NCBI GenBank assembly: GCA_964019335.1
Contig: OZ025727.1
Span: 384,383-448,382, forward strand
Source: Diplonema japonicum
Taxonomy: Eukaryota > Protista > Euglenozoa: Diplonemea
Direction: 5' to 3'
DNA length: 64,000 bases
Below are positions 1 to 11,526 of the stretch, piece by piece. The position numbers and the translations under genes are program-made. Within the stretch, counting starts at the first letter, position 1, and every line of letters starts with the position of its first letter. The notes under the pieces are model-generated. The model was not told the DNA's origin. It saw only the letters and a list, made by a program, of their open reading frames with translations, and searched no databases.

Positions 1-2
1 TG

Positions 3-1982
3 ATGTTCAATTTGTTTATTGCTGTTGTTCTGGAGAACTTCAGGGAGAGCGTGTTGTTGCCGCCGCAATTGCTGGCAAAGATGGAGCTGGTGAAAATGTT
101 CCGCGAGAAGTGGGCGTCGTATGACCCCACAGCGGTACAGATCATTAAAGCCTACAACTTCGTGCCGCTCATGATGCAGCTCCCCTCGCCCATTGGGTTC
201 ATGGACTGTGAGCCTCACGAGATCCTTCCGTCGTTGCTACACTTGGACTTCCCCGTGACACGCGACTCGGACATTCTCTTCATGGACGTGATCGACGCCA
301 TCGGGGAGACCATCTTCAAGATCAAGCTTGTCGACCGTGAGGCAGCAAAGCAGCACATGTCATCCGGCAAACGTGACGTCTCGAAGGACAAGGAACGCTA
401 TGCACTGGGCTTTACCATCGGCGACTGGTACGCAGCTTGCGTCATCCAGACAGCATGGCGCAAGTGGCGCGGTCCTTTGTGGAAAAAGAGCAGGTTCCCC
501 AACAATCTTACCGGCTTTATGATTAGCGACATGCATGAAAAGAGCTACAGACGGTTTCCTTTTGGGAGGCCACAGGTCAAGCCCAAAACGAAGAAGAACA
601 GATGGGTCCTTGCGTTCAGTAAGAAGCAAGGTGAAGAGGAGGGGGGGAAAACTGTTGTGGGAAAAGAACGGAGTGACACGTTGATATCGATTTTCAGCAA
701 AGGCGTAAAGGATGAGGTGGCGAAGATACGCAGAAGGAACTCGGAGAAGAGCTTTGCAAGGCTTCGGACTGTGTCGTCGCTCACGCCAACAGAGACGCAG
801 CAGTCGCGGTCGCCTTCGTTGTGCTCGTCGTCGTCTAGTTCTGTGGATATCACACCAGGGCCACGGCCCATTGTGCCAGCGAATGTCCCCCCGCTGGGCT
901 TCAAGCGGGGAAGCGACACACAATCGGCTTCGATGGTGTCGATGAACCAGGTGACCACACCAACACAGTCCATGACCTCGCATGATGCTTCGCACTCCAT
1001 GATGTCCGTGACACCGGGTGAGGGGAACAACGGGAAGACATCCGGCAGCACCCCGCCGTCGCTGATGTCGACCTTCTACCTCGCACGGCCAGTTGTGTCG
1101 CCCAACGACACGGTCCCGTCATCACCGTCGAAGGTGTCGACCACAACACAAACACCGAACATGAAAAACCTGGACACCAAGGCACGGAAAGACCTGCTGG
1201 AGCAGATGCAAGGGCTCCTTAAGATGCCCTCCCGTGAGGAAGACGAGGTCGTGTCGCCAGGGTCGCTGATGTCAACGCTGAACCTGGAGAGGGTTGTAAA
1301 ATCCCCAATGGAGATCCCGACCATCTCGTCATTCACGTTCTCACCGGAGACAGGCCGTGAGCGGCTGAGGGTGGAGGATGACATGGATCTCATGTCTCCG
1401 TTCAGCGACCAGACGATGGGGATGACGTTTAACCTGTCTGAGACAGGGGGCAGCGTGCTGAGGCGGGGCTTCGGGAGCAGGCATACCTCTATTGTGCCAC
1501 CACCACCGATACAAATCCCAAAAACATGTGTACCAGCAGTGGCAGTGGAAGTGAAGCCTGCTGTGCCTGCTCCTCAGGCTGATATCAAGAAATATGTTCC
1601 GTGGCCGAAGCCAGCATCAACACCTTCTGTGGCGTCACCCTTGGGTGGTGTCGAGGCACCGAGCCCAACAAGGCGAAGGTCGGACGCAACGCTTCTTGGT
1701 TCACCTTCGTTCAGCTCGTCTATTGCCTCGCCAGCTACGTTGCATTCTCCCCTGTTGAAGGTCCCACAGCTCCGATCCATACCTGCGGCACTCTCACCGT
1801 CGCCTCTCCCCTCTGTGCCGTCACACGAACCGAAGTCTCCAAGTTCCTTACATACTTTACATAGCTTCAGGAACACTATGTCTCTTCACAACATACTTGG
1901 ATCAGTTAGTTCACCTCTTAGTAATCAAGCTTCTTTAAGGCATGCTTCTTCCGCTCGCGTTATTAAGAGAGACCTTCTCTAG
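3..1982 (+). CDS. Voltage-gated Ca2+/Na+ channel alpha subunit, C-terminal part (5' partial)
   Basis: NLFIAVVLENF (domain IV S6), EF-hand-like FREKWASYDP..., IQ motif YAACVIQTAWRKWR, then a long Ser/Pro-rich tail; ORF runs off the window start. Confidence 0.85.
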   Translation: MFNLFIAVVLENFRESVLLPPQLLAKMELVKMFREKWASYDPTAVQIIKAYNFVPLMMQLPSPIGFMDCEPHEILPSLLHLDFPVTRDSDILFMDVIDAIGETIFKIKLVDREAAKQHMSSGKRDVSKDKERYALGFTIGDWYAACVIQTAWRKWRGPLWKKSRFPNNLTGFMISDMHEKSYRRFPFGRPQVKPKTKKNRWVLAFSKKQGEEEGGKTVVGKERSDTLISIFSKGVKDEVAKIRRRNSEKSFARLRTVSSLTPTETQQSRSPSLCSSSSSSVDITPGPRPIVPANVPPLGFKRGSDTQSASMVSMNQVTTPTQSMTSHDASHSMMSVTPGEGNNGKTSGSTPPSLMSTFYLARPVVSPNDTVPSSPSKVSTTTQTPNMKNLDTKARKDLLEQMQGLLKMPSREEDEVVSPGSLMSTLNLERVVKSPMEIPTISSFTFSPETGRERLRVEDDMDLMSPFSDQTMGMTFNLSETGGSVLRRGFGSRHTSIVPPPPIQIPKTCVPAVAVEVKPAVPAPQADIKKYVPWPKPASTPSVASPLGGVEAPSPTRRRSDATLLGSPSFSSSIASPATLHSPLLKVPQLRSIPAALSPSPLPSVPSHEPKSPSSLHTLHSFRNTMSLHNILGSVSSPLSNQASLRHASSARVIKRDLL

Positions 1983-2948
1983 GTGTTACATAAAAAAAAA
2001 AAAAAAAAAATACCCACCTTTTTTTTTGTTCTCTTATTTAGTTTCTTTTTTTGGAAACAAAAAAATATATAAAAAGAAGAATGACAAAGAGTTTTTCCGC
2101 TTCCCGGATTTCTCCCCCCCCCCTCCCCCCTCTCCTTTGTTTTTTTTCTTTTGCCTAGAAGACACTGTTTATTATTTCTCCCCCCTTCTCCCTGGGTTTT
2201 AACTGCCCCCTCCCACCCCCTGCATTTTTTTTAATTACCTGTGAAATACCGGTGAAGGGTACCTCAAAGAAAAGCTGAGGTTGCTGAACAAGATAAAAAG
2301 AGAACAAGATGAGTGGCGACGGCGAAAGAAAAAAAAAAAAGGAGGAAAAACAAACAATTTGTTTGTTTTGTATTTCTAGAGCCTACTGCTGCCGCTGTAT
2401 TTGAGAGGTTTGCATATCGAAGAGTTTTTCTTTTTTTTTTGCAGGGGGGTGGTGTTTTCTTTGGACTGTTTGTTCTGTTTTCTTTCTTCTTTGTTCTGTA
2501 CTATTCTTTTTTAGAGGAATTACGCTTTTTTCTTTTTTCTACTGCAGGTTCCCTTCAAAGACATCTTTTTCATACACGAAGCCAGTGCTAATTGGTTAAG
2601 GCACCTGCCCTGCGATCATCGGGGAGACGAAGGCGGTGATTGGGCGGAACAGGAGTGCAATAGATGCGTCAACAGAAACCAAGCACCAAACCCAAGGAAG
2701 GAGAAACCTTGTTGAAGAGGGATGGATGCATGGTGTGATTGGGGAGAAGGTCGTCTCAACAAAGACATCCTTTAATTCAAAATATATTTATATTTTCTTT
2801 TTTTTTTTTCTCTTTCTATTTCTTTTTATTCTTCCCCCCCCCCTTTTTTTTTGGTTGTTCCGTTATCAGAAAAAAGTAATTTTCTTTTTTTTTTTTTTTC
2901 TTTCTTTATTCCTTTTTAAAAAACAAACCATTAAACAAAGAAATTATC

Positions 2949-5309
2949 ATGGACGATTTCAAGGATTTGCCAGTTGTAAGGCCTGATAAGCCACCGATAC
3001 AAATAGGGACAGGTGGTTTCGGCGAGGTACAACTCGTGGAGATAGGCGGGAAGAAGTACGTGTGGAAACAATACAAGAAGCTGAAGAAACGTGAGAAGGA
3101 CGAAACAATGTTGTACTGGCTGAAGTTGGAAATAAAAGCTTGCGAACTTGTGAAGGACAAGGCACCAACCAGCGAGTACCTCATGAAGTTCTACTCCACA
3201 GAAAAGAACGAGAACGGCAACATCTGCCTGCGCATGGAGTACCTCAGCGGGATGACCTTACACGACGTCATCACAAAAAACCACCTCACAGCCCGACGAG
3301 CCAAGCGCTTCACGGTGCACCTGGTAGAGGGAATTCAAATACTGCATACTCTCGGAGGCTCCCACCGTGACCTTAAACCAGCGAACTTAATGCTCGACAG
3401 CTCCAACTTTGACACCGCCATCCTAAAGATCATCGACTACGGTTTCAGTAAATTCCAAGAAGGGACAGACACATCGCACACCTCGTTGGGCACCAGGGAC
3501 TACATGGACGTGAAGATTAAAACCGGATCGTACAATGCAGGGATGGCGGACATGTTCTCCGCAGGGAAGATTATTTCAGCTAACCTCTTCAGTACCGCTA
3601 TCCTCCAGAAGATGCCCAAGGAGGAGGTTGACGCCGTGAATGAGGCTTGCCACAACCTCCTCCTCCTCGGCGACCAGCCGCGGTGGGGCGTGGAACAGCT
3701 ACGGGCGTCAAACTTGTTTACCTATTGCAAAGAGATCGTGGACAACCCTGTTATCAAATGCCTGCCTCTGTCTGTTTTCATCGATGATTTCTTTGTTGCC
3801 CCGAATGGATGTGCTGCCCCGTCCAGTTTCTCCTTCTGCCCTGCCAGGGGTCTAGCCGTCTTCGGCGGATACGGCGTCAAGTTCTGTCGGCTCAGCCCTG
3901 CATCGGTCATCTTCTCCTTGCGCACGCAACTTCCTGTCACAGCGGTTGCCATCCTCAGCAAGTCAGAAGTGTTGTTCAGCGATGCTGTCGGTGTGTGGGT
4001 GGTCGACGATTCCATCATCATCGATGATGACCACAGCGACATCAGAGCGAAGCCGCGTCTTCTGGTACCCATGAAAGATGTTAAATCCGTTAAAACCACA
4101 CACGGGGGGCAGTGGGTGGTCATATCCTCAGATTCGAGCATATCGATGTACAAAAGCCGAAGAACCCGCAAGATACTGTCCCTAGAGCTGTTGGGGTACA
4201 ACACGGGGAGCCTATCAGACCTGGCCGAGACACCTTACAGAAAACTAGTTGGAGGGGTTGTTACAGAAGGAGAGCTGAACGTCTGGGGCTTAGAAGAAAC
4301 CTATGAGGCTAAAAGAGTAGCTATCTCATCGAAGTGGGAAGGCATCGAGCAGAGGCCAACGAAGGGGACAAGGATTCTACTGTCGTCTTCTGGTGTTTAC
4401 TGCGCCGTGTGCATACCGGAGGAGAAATGCATAAGGGTTCTGAAGAACACGTGTGGCAAGAAGGAACACGGGATAGTCAACAAGACGGAGGAGGTGCACA
4501 GAATAAACGACGTACGGTGCGTGGGGATATCATTTTCGACGATGGACAAGGAAGCAAACGGCATGGGGCAGGGGTACTTCGCCGTCGTGCACACGACACG
4601 CGACGGGAGGGAACTCTCCGTGTACAACGTAGAAGGCGACAAGAAGTGTCTTGCGAAGTACAAACTTCACAAAACAGCAATTGCATTTTTCACAAGCGCC
4701 AAGGACCTGTGCTTCCTTGACAGACAAGGCGACAACGTAAGATGCGGGACAGCAAATCTGAACGACAAGGACAACAATTGGAAAGTGACATGTGACAACA
4801 TTCTACATGAAGATTACAACCAGCAACATGTGATGGAGTGGTCATGGCTACAGTTGAGGAAGCTCCACTCTTCTGGAAAGTGTGAAGGGATGCTTTCATG
4901 CAATGGGCATCGTGAATATTCTGTTTTATGCATCATCACGAACTCGGAGCTTACTTTCGTTCCTACGGACCCTCTGAAAATGAAAATCGTGTGCTTGCCT
5001 TTCCACGAGGTGGAGGTCGCAAAGGACAAAAGCAACAAGTACACCCTCCGACATTATTCATTCACGTTTGTCTTCACCCCGAGTGAGGGGAACGGCGATG
5101 ACCTTTGCGTCCTTAACCCCGAGACTTCTATCCAGAAGGACTCTGTCATAGCTTCTGCTTTATCTGTTGCTTTAATGGACCCTGCCTTGTCGCACCTGGC
5201 TAGCCTCTATGACTTCTTGGATGTGGAATTGCCAATCTACCCCGATGTGAAAAGCAAGAGTAACCCTGGCTTGCTCAAAAGCATTGTCGGCACCGTGTGG
5301 CAGCATTAG
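2949..5309 (+). CDS. Ser/Thr protein kinase with C-terminal beta-propeller-like region
   Basis: GTGGFGEV loop, VWK lysine, HRDLKPANL, DYG (DFG variant), GTRDY; beta-rich C-terminal region. Confidence 0.85.
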   Translation: MDDFKDLPVVRPDKPPIQIGTGGFGEVQLVEIGGKKYVWKQYKKLKKREKDETMLYWLKLEIKACELVKDKAPTSEYLMKFYSTEKNENGNICLRMEYLSGMTLHDVITKNHLTARRAKRFTVHLVEGIQILHTLGGSHRDLKPANLMLDSSNFDTAILKIIDYGFSKFQEGTDTSHTSLGTRDYMDVKIKTGSYNAGMADMFSAGKIISANLFSTAILQKMPKEEVDAVNEACHNLLLLGDQPRWGVEQLRASNLFTYCKEIVDNPVIKCLPLSVFIDDFFVAPNGCAAPSSFSFCPARGLAVFGGYGVKFCRLSPASVIFSLRTQLPVTAVAILSKSEVLFSDAVGVWVVDDSIIIDDDHSDIRAKPRLLVPMKDVKSVKTTHGGQWVVISSDSSISMYKSRRTRKILSLELLGYNTGSLSDLAETPYRKLVGGVVTEGELNVWGLEETYEAKRVAISSKWEGIEQRPTKGTRILLSSSGVYCAVCIPEEKCIRVLKNTCGKKEHGIVNKTEEVHRINDVRCVGISFSTMDKEANGMGQGYFAVVHTTRDGRELSVYNVEGDKKCLAKYKLHKTAIAFFTSAKDLCFLDRQGDNVRCGTANLNDKDNNWKVTCDNILHEDYNQQHVMEWSWLQLRKLHSSGKCEGMLSCNGHREYSVLCIITNSELTFVPTDPLKMKIVCLPFHEVEVAKDKSNKYTLRHYSFTFVFTPSEGNGDDLCVLNPETSIQKDSVIASALSVALMDPALSHLASLYDFLDVELPIYPDVKSKSNPGLLKSIVGTVWQH

Positions 5310-6196
5310 TTGCCCCCTCCCATCGCTTAACTTAAGAACCTTATTATTTTTTTTCCCTCTTTTTTCTGTTAGTTTTTGGTAACTTTTCTTATTCTTCTTT
5401 CGAACACTTCATGTCTAAAGTCCATTGTTCACGCCCAAAGGGTCTGGGGATATGACCAGTTTTATCCCAGATATATGAAGCATAATTTCTTCTGTAACAA
5501 ACTATAGTCTGAGGCAAAGACCCGTGAGCGATGGGCCAACCCTTCTGGGTACCAATGATATATATGAATATTCTTTGTCTGGAATTAGTTAATTTTTGTT
5601 TTTCAGGGGCAACCCTTCGGGAGCTCTTTCTGTATTACACTATCTCCTCATTTTCTTTTTAAATGCATGTGGGCCCACCGATGTCTGAACCGTTTAGCTC
5701 CCTTGAAGCTCACGCCAGCGTGCAAGTTTAGCCCGTTTTATTTTGGCACGTTGGCGATGGCTGTGGTGGCCGTTGCAAGATAGTCTTTTTTATTTATTTT
5801 TTGTGTCTTGTCTTACCTCTTGTGCTCCTTCACTCACTTCTGTTTTTAAAACTTTAAACTTTCAAAGACAAACGTCACGACCAGGGGCTTCCTGGGACAA
5901 CCTTCATTTGTGCAAAAAGACGATAACCGAATAACAGACGGCTTACGATTTGTTGGCTTTTTACCAAAGGGACTTGGCTGGCGGCCGCACGTTTTTTTTC
6001 GCACGGGAGTGATGACGTAGTAAGTGTAAGGCTTCACCGAAATTTGCTCCCGATGCTTTTGAAGTAAACGCGGCCGTTTCATTGTACCCATAAACGATCA
6101 GAACACCCTTTTAGCTCTTATTTTGTTCCCACCCACGTACCTTTCCCTCCCGTCGTGTTGCGAGTCCCTTTTGTTTAATACAATTATCGTCTACAT

Positions 6197-7693
6197 ATGA
6201 TCCCTACAGGAATGGACGGCGAGAGAAACCCGCTAGCAAGGGAAGCTGTCGAGCCGTATGATGGGGGACAGGAGGTGACGGAGGAAGTGGAAGGTGTGAA
6301 GCTGGTGGTGATTGGAAGCACGATTGGGTTCTTTTTATTCGGCTACGACACAGGGATCGTGAGCGGGGCTGCGGACTGGGCACAGGACAGCCTGGACATG
6401 ACGGACCTCGAGCAGGGTATCATGGTGGGTGCAACAGGAATCGCAGCTGCTGTGACCTGCTTGTTCACGTCATGGTGCAACACGCACCTTGGACGGAGAA
6501 CAACCATCTGCGTATCAAGCATTTTCTACATCATCGGCGCTGGGGGCATTGCTGGCGCAGTTGATTTCTGGAGCATCACTGCATTTCGCGTGGCACTCGG
6601 CATAGCGATCGGCTTCGCCACAACGACCGTCCCACTGTACCTAGCCGAGTGCGTCCCTCCCGACATCAGGGGACAAATAATCACCTTGTCCGACCTTTGC
6701 ATTGCCTTCGGACAGGTTTCCGCAGGGCTAGTTAACGTAGCTTGCAAGTACTGGGATAAAAACTGGAGGTTCTCCATGGGACTGGCTGCACTGCCCGCTG
6801 TGGTTCAACTCATCTTGTTCGTATTCTTTCTTGAAGAGTCGCCCCGATGGCTGGCACAGAACAGAAGGATGGGCGAAGCAAAACGTGTTTTCACGAAGTA
6901 CCGAGGCACGTCGAAGACGTCCACCGCCGAGCTACGGCAACTAACACAGTACGCAGATGACCTTCAGCAGGAGTCCTTCCTCGGAGCATGGCGACAGCCG
7001 CACTACGCGCGTGCCATGATCGTAGGCATCGTGTTGATGATACTCAATCAGGCGTCGGGCATCAACACGGTAATGTACTTCAGCCACAGCATTTTGAAGA
7101 ACGCGGGTTTCTCTGAAGAAATGTCTATCTGGGGTGCGTTGATATGTGACATCACACAGGCGGTTGGAGTGTGCGTGTCGCTGTACTTCATGGAGAAACG
7201 GGGAAGGAGGTACCTTGCTATATTGTCAGCGTGTCTGGTGGTCCCCACAATAGCACTGTTGGGTGTTGGGTATATGCGTGACATCCGCGAGCTATCCGTG
7301 TCGGCAATGGCGGTGTACTTGTTCTGCTTCGGGCTGGGCCTCTCTGGTGTGCCATGGACGATGAATGGTGAGATCTTCCCTCTTGCCATTCGCAACACAG
7401 CGCAGTCGCAGTCTATCTTCACCAATTGGTTCCTCAATGGAATCATCGCTGTCGCCTTCCCCGTCTTTATGGATGACTACGGGGAGTACTTCTTCTTTTT
7501 GTTCTCTTTCGTCGCTTTTTGCGGCGCCATCTGGATGTTCCTCTTCCTCCCCGACACCACGGGGCTCAGTCTCGAACAGATGGACACGATATTCGCAACC
7601 CCCCTTCGCGTTGCCGTCCGCACCCGGAAGTGGCTCCTCGTCACGGACCTCGATGACCTTGATGCGAAACACCTTACGACAGCTACAAGCTGA
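6197..7693 (+). CDS. MFS sugar porter (sugar/inositol transporter family)
   Basis: FLFGYDTG, GRR loops, ESPRWL, NQASGINTVMY, GEIFP motifs; about 12 hydrophobic helices. Confidence 0.92.
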   Translation: MIPTGMDGERNPLAREAVEPYDGGQEVTEEVEGVKLVVIGSTIGFFLFGYDTGIVSGAADWAQDSLDMTDLEQGIMVGATGIAAAVTCLFTSWCNTHLGRRTTICVSSIFYIIGAGGIAGAVDFWSITAFRVALGIAIGFATTTVPLYLAECVPPDIRGQIITLSDLCIAFGQVSAGLVNVACKYWDKNWRFSMGLAALPAVVQLILFVFFLEESPRWLAQNRRMGEAKRVFTKYRGTSKTSTAELRQLTQYADDLQQESFLGAWRQPHYARAMIVGIVLMILNQASGINTVMYFSHSILKNAGFSEEMSIWGALICDITQAVGVCVSLYFMEKRGRRYLAILSACLVVPTIALLGVGYMRDIRELSVSAMAVYLFCFGLGLSGVPWTMNGEIFPLAIRNTAQSQSIFTNWFLNGIIAVAFPVFMDDYGEYFFFLFSFVAFCGAIWMFLFLPDTTGLSLEQMDTIFATPLRVAVRTRKWLLVTDLDDLDAKHLTTATS

Positions 7694-7881
7694 CAATTCC
7701 ATGTAGACACTTAAACTGCTTGTACTTCTTTTTTTCTAAACCGGATCTTTTTCTTCCCAAGCTCCCGTGTGTGGCTTGTCGTTCAGTTCTCTTTCCCGAG
7801 TATTATTCTCACGTGTGATGTCATTGCTGTTTACTACTATTGCTTATTTATTCACTTACAGGTCTAGGCGTTTTGCGCCAA

Positions 7882-10800
7882 ATGGAGTTTCCAGATGTAC
7901 ACCATCGGATGTCAAAAAAGATAGCACAGTTGACAAAGGTCATCTACCGGTTGAACACGCAAAACGACGACAGCGAATACCAGTTGCAGCAGATCACTGG
8001 GCTATATGAATGCGAAATCGAAGAGATTTTGAAGGATGCCAGGGCCAAGATTATGATGTTCAAAGGGCAGCTTGAAGAGGAGAAGAACAACGATAAGGTG
8101 AAGATTGCTGTCGATCAGCTTCAAACAGTGAACGAAAGGGAAAAAGAGGAGATGGTGGAGCAGTTCACGGAGTTCAGGAAGAAGGCGATGGAGAACGAAC
8201 GGGCGCTGAAGGCCAAGTCCGAGGAGCAAATAGCACAGCTCACAACACAGCTGCAACAAGTGAAGGACGCGTTCCAGAGCAGACTCCAAGCGTTCACGGA
8301 AGGCCAGAAGGGACTGGAGCAAAAGGGGTACGATGCACTAGAGGAGCTCCGGAAGCTTAAAGACGACGAGCTTGAAAAGGCCATTCAGCAGTACAACGAG
8401 AAGTACAAGTCAATGCTGTCCAAGCAGCTTCAAGCGCAAGAGGACCAGGAAGTCGCCTTGAACGAATCATGGGAAGCAAAGCAACGTGTGGCTGAAGCAA
8501 AGCACAAGCAAGAGCAAGACAAGGCGACCAGCGACATTCACCACCTCAGCGAACAGAACACGTCTCTCTCACAGCAGCTCACAGCCTCCAACGACATGAT
8601 CTCCGCCACTCAAGCCAAGCTGGCCTCCTTGGAAGAGCAGCTCAGCACCGCGAATATGACTGAGGTCGACTTGAACCAGACGTTACGGCAGTACCTCAAA
8701 CAGCTAGGTGACAAAGAGAAGGCACTTGATGCAAGCACCTCCCAGTGTGGCGACCTGCAAGGCCAGCTGGAGGCGTCGTTCTCTAATTGCAGCAATCTCA
8801 CTGAGCAACTGGATAAGTTGAAGCAGGCAGAATCCAAGCTGATGAACGCAGGGAGCGAGAGGGAAAAGTTCGCTCTAGAACTTCAATCGCAGATCGAGAG
8901 CATCACAGCCGAGTTCGCAGAGAAAGCCGCCAAATACGAAGGGCAGCTACGGGAGACACAACACGTACTAGATGCCAATGTCGCGGAACTTGCTTCTGTG
9001 CGCACGGCGTTGAGCACAAAGGAGGAGAACTGCCGCACACTGGAGGCAGAGGCGACAAAGCTGAAGCAGCGCATTACTAGTCATGAGGCTGAGATCGATA
9101 GAGTACAGACAGCACTGCGCAATGCCGAGGAGCTTGCTTCCGAGAAGCAAACAGCAGCCGCAAACAAGATAGGTACTTTAGAGAGGCAACTGATGGAGGC
9201 AGAGCAGATGCAAAAAGACACCCAAGCTATGCTAACTAGGGACATGGATGGGAAGTGCCAGTCCCTCAATGACGATCACGAACGCAAGATGCAAACCCTG
9301 AAAGACGATCATGAAAAGGCGGTACGTGAGATGCGAGAAGCACTGAAGAGTGAGAACAAACAGCTTGCGGCACAGCATCTAGATGCCCAGGGCCTGCTGA
9401 ATAGCAATGTCAAATCCTTGGGGGATAAGATTGAAGAGCTGACTACTGCATTAAAGGAAAGTGAGAAGGCAGCTGAGAACGCGAAAGAGGAGAGCATGGA
9501 GCAATTCAAGGCACTTCAAGCAGAGAGCTCGCAGGAGATCAATAGACTCAAAGAGGTGATAGAACAGAAACGAAAAGAACTGTCAGAGTTGGAAGAGAAG
9601 CTGAAAGGTGCCCATGAGAATGATGGGAGCAACCAAAAGGCGTGGGCGCAGAAAGAGGAGCAACTCAAGGCTACACTGGCTGAGATGGAGCAGAAGGTGT
9701 CGCAGAGCGAAGCGCTGTGCAAAAAGATCCAAAGTGAGAAAGAAGAGGAGGCGAGGAACTTACGGAACGCCAGTGCCTACGACCTTGAGAAGATGAAGGC
9801 GAAAATGGCCAGCGAAGGGCAGAACCACCTCAGCTCACAGCTGTCGAAGCTAAAGGACGACATGTTGCGAGAGCAGGCTGAGAAGCTCGAGCACGAGCTT
9901 CAAAGAGCAGAGCATGCTAGGCAAGTAGAGCTCGATAACATGAGACGGGCCCACAAGGAGATCGAGACGGCGCTGAAAGCAGAAGCAGAAAAACTAAACA
10001 CAAGGATAGAACAACTGCGAGGTAACATGAGGGACTCGGAAAAGCAGGCGCAGAGCGATCAGGACAGCTGGAAGGAGCAGCGCTCAATATTGATACAGGA
10101 GCACAAAACCAAAGAGGACAGCTTGAAGGCCATGTTCGCGAAAGATCTTGAGCAGCTACAAGAACGCTTGAAACTGGAGAAGAAAGCAGCAATCGCAGAA
10201 TGCAAGAACGATCAAGAAGCGGTCATGTCGGCACTACGGAAAGAGCACGTCCAGAATTTGAACACACTTACGATTGAGCACGGGAAGGATCTGAACGAGC
10301 TGAGGAGCGACATGCACGAGACAGCAAACGAGAAGCTAAACGCACAGAAGGCCGATCTGGAGGGGCAAAAAGAAGCGGCTTTGAAGGCGCAGGAGGCTGG
10401 ATTTGCTGCGGAGAAGGAAGAGATGAAGAAGGCACATAAAGAACGGCTGAGCGAGTCAGAGAACTCGGCTCAGGCGGTAAGGCGGCAAATGCACGACTTA
10501 GAAATGTGCCTGCGGGAGTCGAACAACCTTTTGGAGAAGGAGAGGGCAGCACATGAAAACATGAAGGTGACATCACGAGCGTCTTTGGAAAGCTCATTCG
10601 GGGAGTACAGCAGGAAAGTGAATTCAATGGCGCAAGAGCATGAGAAAGTCATTCAAGATCTGAAATCAGGACAGAGACAGCAGGTGGTAAAGCTCACAGA
10701 TGAATTCACAGCCGTACAAGCAGCCATGAAACAGAAGCACCAGGATTTGCTGGTCAAAGTTGCCGAGCTGGAGTACCAGTACGCTAATCGGGAGTCGCGT

Positions 10801-10992
10801 GATGAGGACGTCTCAAGGATCAATCAGCTAATCGTGGAGATTTCCTCAAAGGACGAAGCGCTTATCAAGGCTTTCAACGAGCTGAGATGGTACAAATTAG
10901 AGCTAGTCAACAGAGAAGAGAACTACAACAGGGTGTTTGGTAGACAGCCAACAGTTGCCTCAGGAAGTATGACACTACTCACAACTTCATGA
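7882..10992 (+). CDS. FAM184-like long coiled-coil protein
   Basis: N-terminal MSKKIAQLTKVIYRLNT and C-terminal YKLELVNREENYNRVF resemble FAM184A/B conserved blocks; first ATG at 7882. Confidence 0.8.
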   Translation: MEFPDVHHRMSKKIAQLTKVIYRLNTQNDDSEYQLQQITGLYECEIEEILKDARAKIMMFKGQLEEEKNNDKVKIAVDQLQTVNEREKEEMVEQFTEFRKKAMENERALKAKSEEQIAQLTTQLQQVKDAFQSRLQAFTEGQKGLEQKGYDALEELRKLKDDELEKAIQQYNEKYKSMLSKQLQAQEDQEVALNESWEAKQRVAEAKHKQEQDKATSDIHHLSEQNTSLSQQLTASNDMISATQAKLASLEEQLSTANMTEVDLNQTLRQYLKQLGDKEKALDASTSQCGDLQGQLEASFSNCSNLTEQLDKLKQAESKLMNAGSEREKFALELQSQIESITAEFAEKAAKYEGQLRETQHVLDANVAELASVRTALSTKEENCRTLEAEATKLKQRITSHEAEIDRVQTALRNAEELASEKQTAAANKIGTLERQLMEAEQMQKDTQAMLTRDMDGKCQSLNDDHERKMQTLKDDHEKAVREMREALKSENKQLAAQHLDAQGLLNSNVKSLGDKIEELTTALKESEKAAENAKEESMEQFKALQAESSQEINRLKEVIEQKRKELSELEEKLKGAHENDGSNQKAWAQKEEQLKATLAEMEQKVSQSEALCKKIQSEKEEEARNLRNASAYDLEKMKAKMASEGQNHLSSQLSKLKDDMLREQAEKLEHELQRAEHARQVELDNMRRAHKEIETALKAEAEKLNTRIEQLRGNMRDSEKQAQSDQDSWKEQRSILIQEHKTKEDSLKAMFAKDLEQLQERLKLEKKAAIAECKNDQEAVMSALRKEHVQNLNTLTIEHGKDLNELRSDMHETANEKLNAQKADLEGQKEAALKAQEAGFAAEKEEMKKAHKERLSESENSAQAVRRQMHDLEMCLRESNNLLEKERAAHENMKVTSRASLESSFGEYSRKVNSMAQEHEKVIQDLKSGQRQQVVKLTDEFTAVQAAMKQKHQDLLVKVAELEYQYANRESRDEDVSRINQLIVEISSKDEALIKAFNELRWYKLELVNREENYNRVFGRQPTVASGSMTLLTTS

Positions 10993-11526
10993 CACACCCA
11001 CAGGACCACCCGCTGCGATGCAAGAAGCAGCAGACAGTAGGCAGGCCCGCTCGGGATCAAAGACAAACGCGCCAATCGCGCCGGCCCGAGCACTTTCCAT
11101 GGTGGTCCAGAAGACATCCACGCAGTAAGCAATGATACGAATCTTCAAAAAAAAAAGATAGAGCATTGTTCCCCCTCCCCCCAGGGGTCAACAGGGGGAA
11201 TAAATCCATTTTTTTTCACATTTTGAATAATGGGGGTTAATTTTCACCAATCTTTCTAAAGTATCGATGACGGGTTGCCCCAAAATGTTTTTGCGCAAAA
11301 TATGGCATTTTTATTCCCCCTTTAAGGATAATTTGACCCCCCCCCCCCCCTCTCCCCACCCTTTTATTTTGTCTTATGGTCCCCTTCTCCCTCTTTCTTC
11401 TGCGAGGATTTTCCCGTTTCTTCTTTCTAGTACATAATAATTGCATCCCTCCTTTGTCCCCCATTCTATTTTTCCGTCACTATTCTTACCTTATAGTTTT
11501 CTCTGATTTTGTCAAAAGGAGCAATA

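Noticed and set aside
2581-2650. tRNA-like D-arm (gtgctaattggttaaggcac)
   Set aside because: No T-arm GTTC motif or acceptor stem
6009-6110. C/D snoRNA candidate (GTGATGA; a similar box at ~30582)
   Set aside because: No downstream CTGA D box or terminal stem at a suitable distance
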